A DNA stretch of 64,000 bases from Inquilinaceae bacterium (GCA_965237625.1 CBDEGD010000006.1:52341-116340), one strand, 5' to 3'. Counted from the first letter of the stretch, positions 17,590-29,113 are shown. Numbers and translations are program-made. The notes: generated from the sequence alone by a model not told the origin.

Positions 17590-18810
17590 TCAGCCGGTTA
17601 GCTCTAACCACCGCTGCGTGGCGCCGCTCTGGCGGCGCAGCAGCAGATCAAGGCGATCGGCAAGCAAGGACAAGATCAGGTCCTCATAGTCCATGCCGTG
17701 GGCCGCAAGCTTGGTGCAGACCAGGCTGGTCAGGCTGCCGTCCGGGCGTTTGAGATCCGGTTTCGGGTTCGTCTCCAAGATGCACATCCGGCCACCGGCA
17801 TCGGCGCGTACATCGATCCGCACCAGCGTCTTCAGACCGAAATCGACGAAGACTTCGCGAGCCAGCCCGTGCAGCCGTTTGATTTCCTCGGCGTCCTTGA
17901 CCGGATCAAGGGTGCGTATCCGATCGTTGGTGATCGGTTTTTTGTCCATCGAGGTAAAAATCTTCTCGCTGGAGTCCAGAACCCGTTCGACCGCCGATAG
18001 GACGAACGGCCCATCGATGCGGGAGAGGTTCCGACCGCTCGCGACCACCGGCCCACATACCGAAACGCAAAATTCACGCCCTTCCAGATAGGGCTCGATC
18101 ATGACGTCGTTCTCGGTCGCCTCGTAGACCTCCGCGACCTTCGAGGTCAGCTCTGACACTTCGTTGACCACATGGACATGCAAGGATGCCCGGCCGGAGA
18201 CCGGCTTGACCACGAACGGCCCACGAAAATGCCCGAACGTGCCGAAGAACCGGCTGTTCAATTCGGGTACGAACGGCCCGCGCTCCAGATTCCAGGTGAC
18301 AAACGGCGTTGTCGGAATTCCCAGCGCAATCAGATGTCGCTTGAACGCGTCCTTGTTGTCCAACATGGCCGCGGTGAGCGGATCGTGGCCAACATAGGGA
18401 ATTCCCATCATCTCCAGCATCGACGCGGCGTGCGAGACGGAGTGATAGCCCTGGACGCCGCCGGTGTTGAGCCAGGCAAGGTCGATGGCGTGCCGCTCGA
18501 GATGGGCGCCCAGGCGCATATCGTCAGGAACCAACTCAACCACACCGACGCCAAGATTTCTCAGGGCGTCCGCGATGTTTTGGGCGACGGCCTGATAGCT
18601 TTTCCAGGGCCGGCGATTAACCGTTTGATGAAGGACGGCCCCTTCGGCGGATTTGTCGCCGCCATAGACAACCGCCATCCGAAGCTTCGGCAGCAGGCGT
18701 CCCATGCGGGCCTGGAGGTCATCCAACCCGACACGCCGCCCCTCAGTTTCAACGGGCGGATCAGCGCGCCGAACGGGCGGCGCGCTGCCAGCGAGTCTCA
18801 AAGCGTCCAT
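17590..18810 (-). CDS. ATP-grasp ligase of the D-alanine--D-alanine ligase family
   Basis: 406 aa. Ddl-like N-domain (MAVVYGGDKSAEGAVL), central DNKDAFKRHLIALGIPT and an ATP-grasp core (FVVKPVSGRASLHVHVV, MIEPYLEGREF, ILETNPKPDL). The true start may be the internal Met36 (coordinate 18705). Confidence 0.75.
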   Translation of the reverse strand: MDALRLAGSAPPVRRADPPVETEGRRVGLDDLQARMGRLLPKLRMAVVYGGDKSAEGAVLHQTVNRRPWKSYQAVAQNIADALRNLGVGVVELVPDDMRLGAHLERHAIDLAWLNTGGVQGYHSVSHAASMLEMMGIPYVGHDPLTAAMLDNKDAFKRHLIALGIPTTPFVTWNLERGPFVPELNSRFFGTFGHFRGPFVVKPVSGRASLHVHVVNEVSELTSKVAEVYEATENDVMIEPYLEGREFCVSVCGPVVASGRNLSRIDGPFVLSAVERVLDSSEKIFTSMDKKPITNDRIRTLDPVKDAEEIKRLHGLAREVFVDFGLKTLVRIDVRADAGGRMCILETNPKPDLKRPDGSLTSLVCTKLAAHGMDYEDLILSLLADRLDLLLRRQSGATQRWLELTG

Positions 18811-19392
18811 GTCGCCCCCGGAACCTGGATCAGATACAAATTATAATTGAAGTAAATTGTCTATTTTGGAAGTTAACAAACAGTAAATATTGTCGGTTAA
18901 TAAACTGTAAACTACGAAATTTAACCATCATTATTGAAACCAGTTCTGCCAAATCGCGGTTTCTTCATATAAAACTCTGACATAATCATGTTAATTGATC
19001 GTTGATTTGCCAATACACTGCGGTGGTGGGCCCTTAACCCTGAGGCAGGGACTCGTGATGTTGTCATGCCAGGTTCGCTGGCAGTGGACAGCCCGCCGGC
19101 GGAACGGCGTATTGGCTCATGGATTCTTAAGGAATGCCGAGCATGTTCGTTAATGATCGAAGGATTCGACGATGGGCGGCCACTTCTCAGCCGGCGCCCT
19201 ACCGCATGGGCCCCTTTGGACCCAGCAACCGCGGGAAAGGGCGAACCATGCCAGCCGAAATAACGCAGCGCCTGACGCCGTCCGAATACAGGGGCGGCAG
19301 CCGATTCGCATCGGCGGCGTGATGGAGTCCGGTCGGTCGTGGAATCGTTAGGCGAAAAGCGAACCGGCAAAAGGCGTCCGTCATCCGCCGAT

Positions 19393-21489
19393 ATGGCGGA
19401 TCGTCAACTTGACATGTTCGAACTAATTTCCAAAGGCGCCAGCCTTGAGGTCGTGCTCGACCGCATCGTAGAGCTTGCCAAGGACGAATTTGGCTCGATT
19501 CCGGTGTCGGTCGACGTGATAAGCTCCCAGGATAGCCGGTTGTGCACAATGGCCTCGTCGTCGAACCTCCCGGCAGACTATGCGGCCAGGTTGCCGTTGA
19601 TCGCCCGCTCCGACCTTGATTGTGCCGCGCAGGGATCAAAGAACGCGACGGATCGCGACGCAGGCGCCGTCGATGCGGATTACGTCGCAGCAGAGGTCCG
19701 GCAGGCCAGTCTGGACGTCGGCATGCAGCACTGTCTGCCAAGCGCGATCTGGACGGCCAAGGGTCAGTTCGTCGGATTTCTCACAGTTCATGGAAAACCA
19801 AGTCGCCGTGGCAACGCGCGGTCGCGGCTCGACTCATTGGTGCGGCTTACCCGGATTGCCATCGAGTGGGCACAGGAGGCGCAGTTCGCCGATCGTCAGT
19901 TCGCAACGCTCGCGGCAACCATTCCCGGGGTGGTCTACCAGCGTCTGCTCACCACTGATGGTGATATTCGCTACACCTATATCAGCGAAGGCTGCCGTGA
20001 TCTGTTCGGTCTGGACTCCGCCGAAATCCTGGCCGATCCGAACAAATTGTTCGACTGCTTCGGGGCCGAATACCGGGCGACGTTCAAGGACCGGCTGCTG
20101 GCCGCCTCCAAATCGCTGACCCTCTGGGATGTGGAGGTGCAGATCGTCACGCCCGACGGCGAAGAAAAGTGGACGCACGCGATTGCAAGGCCACACCGTC
20201 AACTCGACGGCAGTGTGTTGTGGACCGGCGTCATTCTGGATCTGACGCGGATCAAGAATGCCGAGCTGGAGTTGCGCCGGACCGAGGAAGAGGCCGAGCG
20301 CGCCAGCCACACCCAGGCGGAGCTGGTGGCCAAACTGCGCACCGCCGACGCACGGTTCGCGTCGCTTGCGCGTACGATTCCGGGCGTCGTGTACCAGCGG
20401 CTGGTAACGCCCGACGGCGACATTCGTTACACCTATATCAGCGATGGTGCCCGCGACCTATTTGGAGTCGAACCGGCGGAAATTATTGCCGATCCCCAGG
20501 TTCTGTTCGGACGCCATGGGCCGGAGTACCGCGAGACGTTCCGCGAGCGTCTGCTGGCCGCCTCGCGGTCGCTGACCATGTGGGACGTCGAAGCGCAGAT
20601 CGTCACCCCGGACGGCGAAGAAAAATGGACCCATGCCATCGCCCGGCCGCACCGGCAGCCCGATGGCTCCGTGCTGTGGGACGGCGTGATCCTGGATGCG
20701 ACACGTATCAAGGCGGCGGAACTTGGATTGCGTCGAGCTAAGGACGCGGCGGAAAAGGCCAGCAATGCCAAGACGCAATTCCTGGCCAGCATGAGCCATG
20801 AGCTGCGCACGCCTCTCAACGCCGTCATCGGGTTTTCCGAGATCCTCAAGAGTGAAGTCTATGGGCCGCTCGGCAATACCGACTATGTCCAGTACGCGGA
20901 TTACGTATTCAAGAGCGCGCACGGCCTGCTTGAGACGATCAACAGCATTCTGGAGTTCACCAGATTCGAGACATTCGACGTCGAGATCAACGAGCGTTCG
21001 GTGAACATCGGCGAAATCATCCAAGCGGCGGTTTCCCACGCGCGTCGCCTTGCACATGACGCCAATATCGAAATCGTCGGCCCGCCCGTCGACCAATTGC
21101 CGACCCTGATCTGCGACGAGGAAATGGTGCGGCGAATGCTGGTGCACCTGCTGTCCAACGGGGTGAAATTCACACCAGAGGACGGCCAGGTCGAGATTGG
21201 AGTCGATTACCTGCCGACCGGCGAGCTTGCGGTGACCATCAAGGACGATGGAATCGGCATTTCCGAGGAAGACATGCCGAAAATCTTCGAAGCGTTTGGC
21301 CAAATCGATGGCACGCTGAGTAGGCATTATGGGGGCAGCGGGTTGGGCGTCCCGCTTGCCATGTCGATGGCAAGACTGCACCGCGCCGAGCTGAAATTCG
21401 AAAGCAAGGTCGGAAATGGCACGGTGGCCACTGTTGTATTTCCGAGTGACCGAGTCATTGTCCGGGCGCGTCGGCAGGCGGCGCGCTAG
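19393..21489 (+). CDS. Sensor histidine kinase: GAF-like N-domain, 2 PAS modules, canonical HisKA and HATPase_c
   Basis: ORF 19339(GTG)..21489; the ATG at 19393 (MADRQLDMFELI) is preferred. The H-box is FLASMSHELRTPLNAVIGFSE, the N-box LLSNGVKFT, G1 DDGIGI and G2 GGSGLGV. Two copies of the PAS module start at SLAxTIPGVVYQRL. Confidence 0.85.
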   Translation: MADRQLDMFELISKGASLEVVLDRIVELAKDEFGSIPVSVDVISSQDSRLCTMASSSNLPADYAARLPLIARSDLDCAAQGSKNATDRDAGAVDADYVAAEVRQASLDVGMQHCLPSAIWTAKGQFVGFLTVHGKPSRRGNARSRLDSLVRLTRIAIEWAQEAQFADRQFATLAATIPGVVYQRLLTTDGDIRYTYISEGCRDLFGLDSAEILADPNKLFDCFGAEYRATFKDRLLAASKSLTLWDVEVQIVTPDGEEKWTHAIARPHRQLDGSVLWTGVILDLTRIKNAELELRRTEEEAERASHTQAELVAKLRTADARFASLARTIPGVVYQRLVTPDGDIRYTYISDGARDLFGVEPAEIIADPQVLFGRHGPEYRETFRERLLAASRSLTMWDVEAQIVTPDGEEKWTHAIARPHRQPDGSVLWDGVILDATRIKAAELGLRRAKDAAEKASNAKTQFLASMSHELRTPLNAVIGFSEILKSEVYGPLGNTDYVQYADYVFKSAHGLLETINSILEFTRFETFDVEINERSVNIGEIIQAAVSHARRLAHDANIEIVGPPVDQLPTLICDEEMVRRMLVHLLSNGVKFTPEDGQVEIGVDYLPTGELAVTIKDDGIGISEEDMPKIFEAFGQIDGTLSRHYGGSGLGVPLAMSMARLHRAELKFESKVGNGTVATVVFPSDRVIVRARRQAAR

Positions 21490-21789
21490 TCATCCTCGGC
21501 CATCAATCACCGTATTTATTGAAGAAGAAAAAAATCAAGTTTTAGTTGAGGGCCGCTGATTACAGTGACCACTCGCATTGTCCGCGAGCGCTAAGCGGAA
21601 TAGCGGGTATGGCCAACGATCCGAAACTTTGGCGCGCTGCACCGGACTAATCGATTTTTAATCTATCCGGCCAATTCTGATGCGAGTCCGTTCGCCGGCA
21701 AACAGGTACCTGGAGTGGTCGTTTGCATACTGCGCAACGGCCGCATCACTCGATTCGGTCTGCGCGATCGACCGACAAGCTGAAAGTTC

Positions 21790-24700
21790 ATGGTGCCACC
21801 CAAACAGACAAGCCGACGTGCGAAGGTCAAGACGCAGCCAGCGAAGCCGGCGCGCATGCGTCGGCCGCCGACCAAGGACCGTGAGTCCGCTTCGCCGCGG
21901 CCATCCGATTGCAAGACGACGAATACCGGGCTGGAGAAATTTGCCAACGGTCAGCACGAAGTCATGTCGCTGGTTGCAGCGCATGCGGATCTGACCGACG
22001 TTGTTGATGCCTTGGACGGCTTGTTCCGCGATTTGCTTGGTGCGGCACGTTGCACCTTTGTCATTGCCGGATGCCAGGAGGGTCGAGACTGGCTTTCATT
22101 CGTGCCGAATGGCAAGGGGAACGCCGGCAAATCATCCGCCAAATACCGAACTTTGGTCCCGCAGGTTGCCCAGGCTGTCAAGGGCTGGAGCAAACCGCTT
22201 CAGGTTGGGCCGGACACCGATGATCCAAATCTTGCCGTCGTAAAGAGCCTGCTGGGCCGGGGCCGCTGGGCGGCCGGTTGGGCGTTGCCAATCCGCGGGC
22301 AGGAGTCGGAGCCACAGGGGTTCGCTCTGCTGCGGTTCGATACCGCCCCGAAGCTTGACGCCACGATCCGCCGGTATCTTGAACTGTTGGAACCGCTGAC
22401 GCGCGTAGCCGTCGATTCAACCCGCCGCGACGTGGCGGTACAGGTTGCCGATGAGCGCTTTACATCGCTGGCTGCGACGATCCCTGGCGTGGTCTACCAA
22501 AGGGCGGTCATGCCCGATGGCAACATCAATTACACCTATATCAGCGAAGGCGCGCGCGACCTGTTCGGGGTCGATCCCGAAAAGGTGCTGGACGAGCCTC
22601 AGGTCTTGTTCGAGAGATATGCACCGGAATACCGCGAGACTTTCCACGACCGTTTGCTCGCCGCCTCGAAGGCACTGACCCTGTGGGATGTAGAGGCGCA
22701 GATCGTCACCCCGGAAGGCGCCGAGAAATGGACCCATGCCATCGCCTGCCCCCGTCGCCTGCCGGACGGGACGGTGATGTGGAACGGGATCATCCTGGAC
22801 GCGACAAGGATCAAGCAGGCCGAGTTCGACCTGCGGAGTGCGAAGGAGTCCGCGGAAGAGGCCAGCCGCATGCAGGCCGAGCTGCTGGAAAAGCTGCAAA
22901 GCGCCGACGAACAGCTTTCATCGCTGGCGGCGACGATTCCCGGTGTCGTCTATCAACGTCTTGTCACACCGGATGGAGACATTCGATACACCTATATCAG
23001 TGAGGGTGCGCGCGATCTGTTCGGTGTAGAGCCGGAAGCCATTCTGAACGATCCGCAGGCGCTGTTCGATCATCACGGCCCGAAATACCGAAAGACGTTT
23101 CGCGACCGTCTGCTGGCGGCATCGAAATCCCTGACGCTATGGGATGTCGAGGCGCAGATCGTCACCGCCGACGGGCAGGAGAAGTGGACCCACGCCATCG
23201 CCCGGCCCAATCGCCTGGAGGACGGGTCGGTGCTGTGGAACGGCGTCATTCTCGATGCCACCCGAATCAAGGAGGCCGAGTTCGCCGCCGCTGCCGCTGA
23301 GGAGCGAACCCGGGCGGCGATTGTCGAGAGCATCTCGCAGGGCATCGCGATCTTCGATCCCGACGATCGGCTAATCACCTGGAACAGTCAGCTTGTCGAT
23401 CTTTTCCCCGGGCTGAATGGAAAGATCAAGGTCGGTTCCGACTACCGCGCGATCCTGCAGGTGGAAGCGGATGGCTGTGTCGAGTCTGACGGTTCGGCGC
23501 CCGGCGAGCAGATGCTGCGCGACCGGATCATGCGGCATGATCACCAAGAGAGCAGCGTCGAACGCCGCTTGGTGGATGGCCGCTGGATATTGATCAACGA
23601 ACGGCGGAGCGACGCCGGCACGATTGTCCTGTACACCGATGTGACCGACCTGAAACGACGGGAAGAGCAGCTTCAACTCGCCAAGAACCGGTCCGAACTC
23701 GCCAATGTGGAGCTTGAGAAAACAGTCCGGCGGCTGGATATCGCGCTGGGGAACATGACCCAGGGCCTGTGCCTGTTCGATTCGCAGCTCCGTTCGATTC
23801 TGTGCAATCGCCGCTACGCGAAAATATTTCGATTGCCGCCGGGACTGACCGGTCCGGGCGTGTCTCTGCACGATCAGATCAGCCATGTGGCCGGCGCGGG
23901 CAAGGCCGATGAAGCCGATACCATGGCGCTGGTCGACGATCGCCTGAGCTATGCCGCGAACCGGGCGAGATGCACATACCGGCTGAACTTGCCGGACAAG
24001 CGTGTCATCGAAGTGATCCACCAGCCATTGCCGGATGGCGGCGCCGTCGAGACGTTCACCGAGGTCGAGGCCGACGCGCCCCAGGCTCTCTTGTCTAAAG
24101 CTGAGCAGGCACGCGGCGGTTCGAATGGCACCGGTGGCGACCGATTGGAAGCCGCCGCCTCGATTGCTCAGGCACGCATTGAGGCTCGTTCAGCCGAGCG
24201 CGAAAAGGCAGAATTGCTCCGAGCATTCGGTCAGGCATTGAAGGCGTCCCTTGAGACGATCGTTGACACATCGGAGGCGATGACCGGCGCCGTCTATGGC
24301 CCGCTCGGCGACCAGCGCTATCAGCAATTTGCGAAATCGATCCGCGATGGCGGGACGGCGCTGGTGAGCATGATCGACGATATCGAAGAGATTTCGACGC
24401 TATCGGCCGGTGAGGTGGAATTGCTGGAGGAGCCTCTCGATCTCGGGGCATTGCTGGCACGATGCGTGCGTGTCGCCCGTTACAGCGTGGAGGGAAAAGC
24501 CCCTGAGATTTCGATCGTAGCGCCCAGCGAGGGCTACAAGGTAAGGGCGGATGAGACCAAGCTGAGGCAGGCGTTCCTAAACCTCCTGAGCAATGCGGTC
24601 CGTTTCACGCCCTCCGACGGCCGGGTCGAAATCTCGATCGGTGCTGCTGAGGATGGTGGCGTCGATGTCGCCATTGCCGACACCGGATCCGGCATGGCGC

Positions 24701-24924
24701 CGAAGACCGTCTCCGGCATCCTGCGTCAGGCCATGCCCGGCAACGGTTCCGCGCCGAATGGAGGCAATGGCAAGAATCTTGGTCTGCCGGTGGTCAGATC
24801 GTTGATCGAGCGTCATGGTGGCAGCCTGGCTCTTGCCAGTGCCAAAGGCCGCGGCACCACTGCCATCGTCCATCTCCCAGATTCCCGCGTTCTGGCGCGG
24901 CCAGGTGCGGCGTCGTCTCGATAA
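21790..24924 (+). CDS. Histidine-kinase-like protein (GAF-like, 2 PAS of the shared type, 2 further PAS, degenerate DHp lacking His, HATPase_c)
   Basis: 1044 aa, paralogous to the upstream kinase. The position equivalent to SHELRTPLN reads GQALKASLE, with no His. The ATPase motifs are kept (NLLSNAVRFT, DTGSGM, GKNLGLPVV). The start is uncertain; an alternative Met is at 21856. Confidence 0.8.
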   Translation: MVPPKQTSRRAKVKTQPAKPARMRRPPTKDRESASPRPSDCKTTNTGLEKFANGQHEVMSLVAAHADLTDVVDALDGLFRDLLGAARCTFVIAGCQEGRDWLSFVPNGKGNAGKSSAKYRTLVPQVAQAVKGWSKPLQVGPDTDDPNLAVVKSLLGRGRWAAGWALPIRGQESEPQGFALLRFDTAPKLDATIRRYLELLEPLTRVAVDSTRRDVAVQVADERFTSLAATIPGVVYQRAVMPDGNINYTYISEGARDLFGVDPEKVLDEPQVLFERYAPEYRETFHDRLLAASKALTLWDVEAQIVTPEGAEKWTHAIACPRRLPDGTVMWNGIILDATRIKQAEFDLRSAKESAEEASRMQAELLEKLQSADEQLSSLAATIPGVVYQRLVTPDGDIRYTYISEGARDLFGVEPEAILNDPQALFDHHGPKYRKTFRDRLLAASKSLTLWDVEAQIVTADGQEKWTHAIARPNRLEDGSVLWNGVILDATRIKEAEFAAAAAEERTRAAIVESISQGIAIFDPDDRLITWNSQLVDLFPGLNGKIKVGSDYRAILQVEADGCVESDGSAPGEQMLRDRIMRHDHQESSVERRLVDGRWILINERRSDAGTIVLYTDVTDLKRREEQLQLAKNRSELANVELEKTVRRLDIALGNMTQGLCLFDSQLRSILCNRRYAKIFRLPPGLTGPGVSLHDQISHVAGAGKADEADTMALVDDRLSYAANRARCTYRLNLPDKRVIEVIHQPLPDGGAVETFTEVEADAPQALLSKAEQARGGSNGTGGDRLEAAASIAQARIEARSAEREKAELLRAFGQALKASLETIVDTSEAMTGAVYGPLGDQRYQQFAKSIRDGGTALVSMIDDIEEISTLSAGEVELLEEPLDLGALLARCVRVARYSVEGKAPEISIVAPSEGYKVRADETKLRQAFLNLLSNAVRFTPSDGRVEISIGAAEDGGVDVAIADTGSGMAPKTVSGILRQAMPGNGSAPNGGNGKNLGLPVVRSLIERHGGSLALASAKGRGTTAIVHLPDSRVLARPGAASSR

Positions 24925-25122
24925 GGCCGCAACGCCGCCCGCGACTTTCCGCGAGACGGCCCAGTGCCGCGCATCCCATTCGCAGAAACCCAATCGTCTT
25001 TCGTTGCGACAATGCAGCTTGCGGGTCTGGCCTAGCCGGGCCGGTTGGCACTATGATTCTCCGAATCAGCAAAGGCGGGTGCGCCCGTACTCTGCCGAAG
25101 GTTGCATTTTTCCGGGGATCGA

Positions 25123-25542
25123 ATGATGGCGTATTGGCTGATCAAATCAGAACCGAGTAGTTGGTCCTGGGAACAGCAGGTGGCGGTCGATGCCGAGGAA
25201 TGGGACGGCATTCGCAACCATCAGGCCAAGAATAATCTGCTGGCCATGCGCCAGGGCGACCGCATCTTCTTCTACCATTCGGTCACCGGTACCGAAATCG
25301 TCGGGATCGTGGAGGTAGCTGCCGAGGCCCACCCGGATTCGACTGATCCAACCGGCAAATGGTTCACCGTCGATGTGAGGGCCGTCAGGCCGTTTGTGAA
25401 GCCGGTATCGCTCCAACAGATCAAAGCGAATGCCAGCCTTGCCGACATGGTACTGGTCAAGAACAGCCGGTTGTCGGTTCAGCCGGTCACGGCCGCCGAG
25501 TGGCAGCTTGTCTGTCGCATGGGTGACACCGACCCCAGCTGA
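25123..25542 (+). CDS. EVE (PUA-like, DUF55) domain protein
   Basis: MMAYWLIKSEPSSWSWEQQ...WDGIRNHQAKNNLLAMRQGDRIFFYHS...IVGIVEV matches the EVE-domain signature. Confidence 0.8.
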   Translation: MMAYWLIKSEPSSWSWEQQVAVDAEEWDGIRNHQAKNNLLAMRQGDRIFFYHSVTGTEIVGIVEVAAEAHPDSTDPTGKWFTVDVRAVRPFVKPVSLQQIKANASLADMVLVKNSRLSVQPVTAAEWQLVCRMGDTDPS

Positions 25543-25844
25543 AAGCGATCTCTTCGCGCCGCACTGTCGTTGAACACCGTAGCCTGTGTCCTGCCAGCAC
25601 TGGAGTCGATCCAGCCTAGTCTACTTGCCCCGGTCCGTCGAGTTCGGCACGGAATTCCAAGATATTGGTAAATAAAATACTAAAATTCTCGTAGAGATTC
25701 AGCGAATTTCTAAATGATTTGTAAATATAAATCAGTCAGACTGGATTGTGGGAGTACTTCAACCTGAATTTCCCGCGCCCCGACAAACGGGGTGCCAGAA
25801 ACTGTGCTGGTTTTTCCCCGGAGCGGCACTGAGGACGTGAAGCA

Positions 25845-26681
25845 ATGAGCACCTCCGTTAATGGGTCCCGTCGGCATCGGCGTGCGCCCTTTTGGCAAAG
25901 GACCCGCCGAATTGCACAGGTGGTCGCTATTAGCCTGTGTCTTGCCGTTATTCCCGCCAATCTTCGTGTCACCCCTGATTTCGTGAGCATCAGCCTTGCC
26001 GATGCCATGGCCCAAGATCGCGGCAACGGTAACAATGACGACAAAGGCAACGGCAACGGTGGCAGTGAACGAAGCGCGCCTTCGGACCGCGATCCCGGCG
26101 GCGGCAGTGAACGAAGCGCTTCCTCGGATCCCGATCCGGGCAGGAGCGATGGCCGTGACGACCGGGGTCTTAGTGACCGCGGAGATCCCGGGAGGGCTGC
26201 GCTCGGATATGGCAGAACCCCAGCGACACGCGGCTTGGGGGCCGCCATATCTCGCCCGTCGGCGACGCCCGGGCGGGCGCTGGAAGAGCGGGATGGGACG
26301 CCGGGTCACGCGCCGACCGAGGCCGGAACGGCGCGCACCCGAGCAATGGTTGAGATCGCAAAAGAACTTGGCGCGATCGCTCCGAACCCTACTGAGCATT
26401 CGCCGATTTCCGGACCTGTCACCCAGGAAATGCTCGATGCCGCGGAAAATGCCTATGTGGATGCGGTGCAGGAGGCCTGGGAAGCCCATGGGTTTCCGTG
26501 GGCCGACCCGGATGTCCTCAGTTCGCTGGGTGATTTGGAGGCGCTGGTCTCCAGCCTGGAGACGATCATGGCGTCCACCGCCCCCGACCCCATTAGTCGC
26601 GCTGGCGTCACGGTCGCACCCGACATCAACAATGACGGGTTCGTCGATATCAACGATTTATGGGATGCTCACCAGAGATGA
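25845..26681 (+). CDS. Hypothetical membrane-anchored or secreted protein with an acidic Gly/Ser/Asp/Arg low-complexity repeat and a C-terminal dockerin/EF-hand-like Ca loop
   Basis: It has an N-terminal hydrophobic helix (IAQVVAISLCLAVIPA). The tandem repeat is GGSERSA(P/S)SD(R/P)DPG x2. The C-terminal DINNDGFVDIND fits the 12-residue D-x-N-x-D-G-x-V-D-x-x-D loop. An antisense ORF also exists, so strand and frame are only moderately supported. Confidence 0.5.
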   Translation: MSTSVNGSRRHRRAPFWQRTRRIAQVVAISLCLAVIPANLRVTPDFVSISLADAMAQDRGNGNNDDKGNGNGGSERSAPSDRDPGGGSERSASSDPDPGRSDGRDDRGLSDRGDPGRAALGYGRTPATRGLGAAISRPSATPGRALEERDGTPGHAPTEAGTARTRAMVEIAKELGAIAPNPTEHSPISGPVTQEMLDAAENAYVDAVQEAWEAHGFPWADPDVLSSLGDLEALVSSLETIMASTAPDPISRAGVTVAPDINNDGFVDINDLWDAHQR

Positions 26682-26721
26682 GCTTGGTGAGAGCGGCCTC
26701 ACCGTCAATATTTGAGCGCGC

Positions 26722-26949
26722 CTATTTGGGCGGCAGCTTTTCCTGAAGGTCGCTGGCGCTGGCCTGAATACGGTTGGCCAGGGCTTTGGCCGCCGCCGCG
26801 GCGCCGGAAAATCCCTGATCGTGCGACGGTACCGCCCGCAGCAGGGCGTCCAGGGTCATCTGGTTGGTGCGGTTGCTGATCTCGCTCAGCCGGCCCATCA
26901 AGGCGTTGATCTCGGCCGCCTCAAGGTCCATCGGATCATTGCCCGGCAT
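26722..26949 (-). CDS. Small hypothetical protein (75 aa)
   Basis: Only the ORF itself supports this call. The composition is plausible and no family is recognised. Confidence 0.3.
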   Translation of the reverse strand: MPGNDPMDLEAAEINALMGRLSEISNRTNQMTLDALLRAVPSHDQGFSGAAAAAKALANRIQASASDLQEKLPPK

Positions 26950-27152
26950 CGCTCAACTCCCGGAATTATTGGATTTGCACATCATCCCCAATATGCGGTC
27001 GGCGACGTTAATTCGGTGTAAATGTGCAGGTTGCCGCCGCTGCGGTTGAGCCGCTCCCCCCTTCCATGGATAATCGGGCGGCCGTACCGCGCCGGATCAT
27101 TCCAGGGAAGACTGGCGTCAATCGATAGAACAGTCCGGGGGGACGTTAGTCC

Positions 27153-29093
<1,941 letters not shown>

Positions 29094-29113
29094 GCCGGTT
29101 TGGCCGACGGGCT

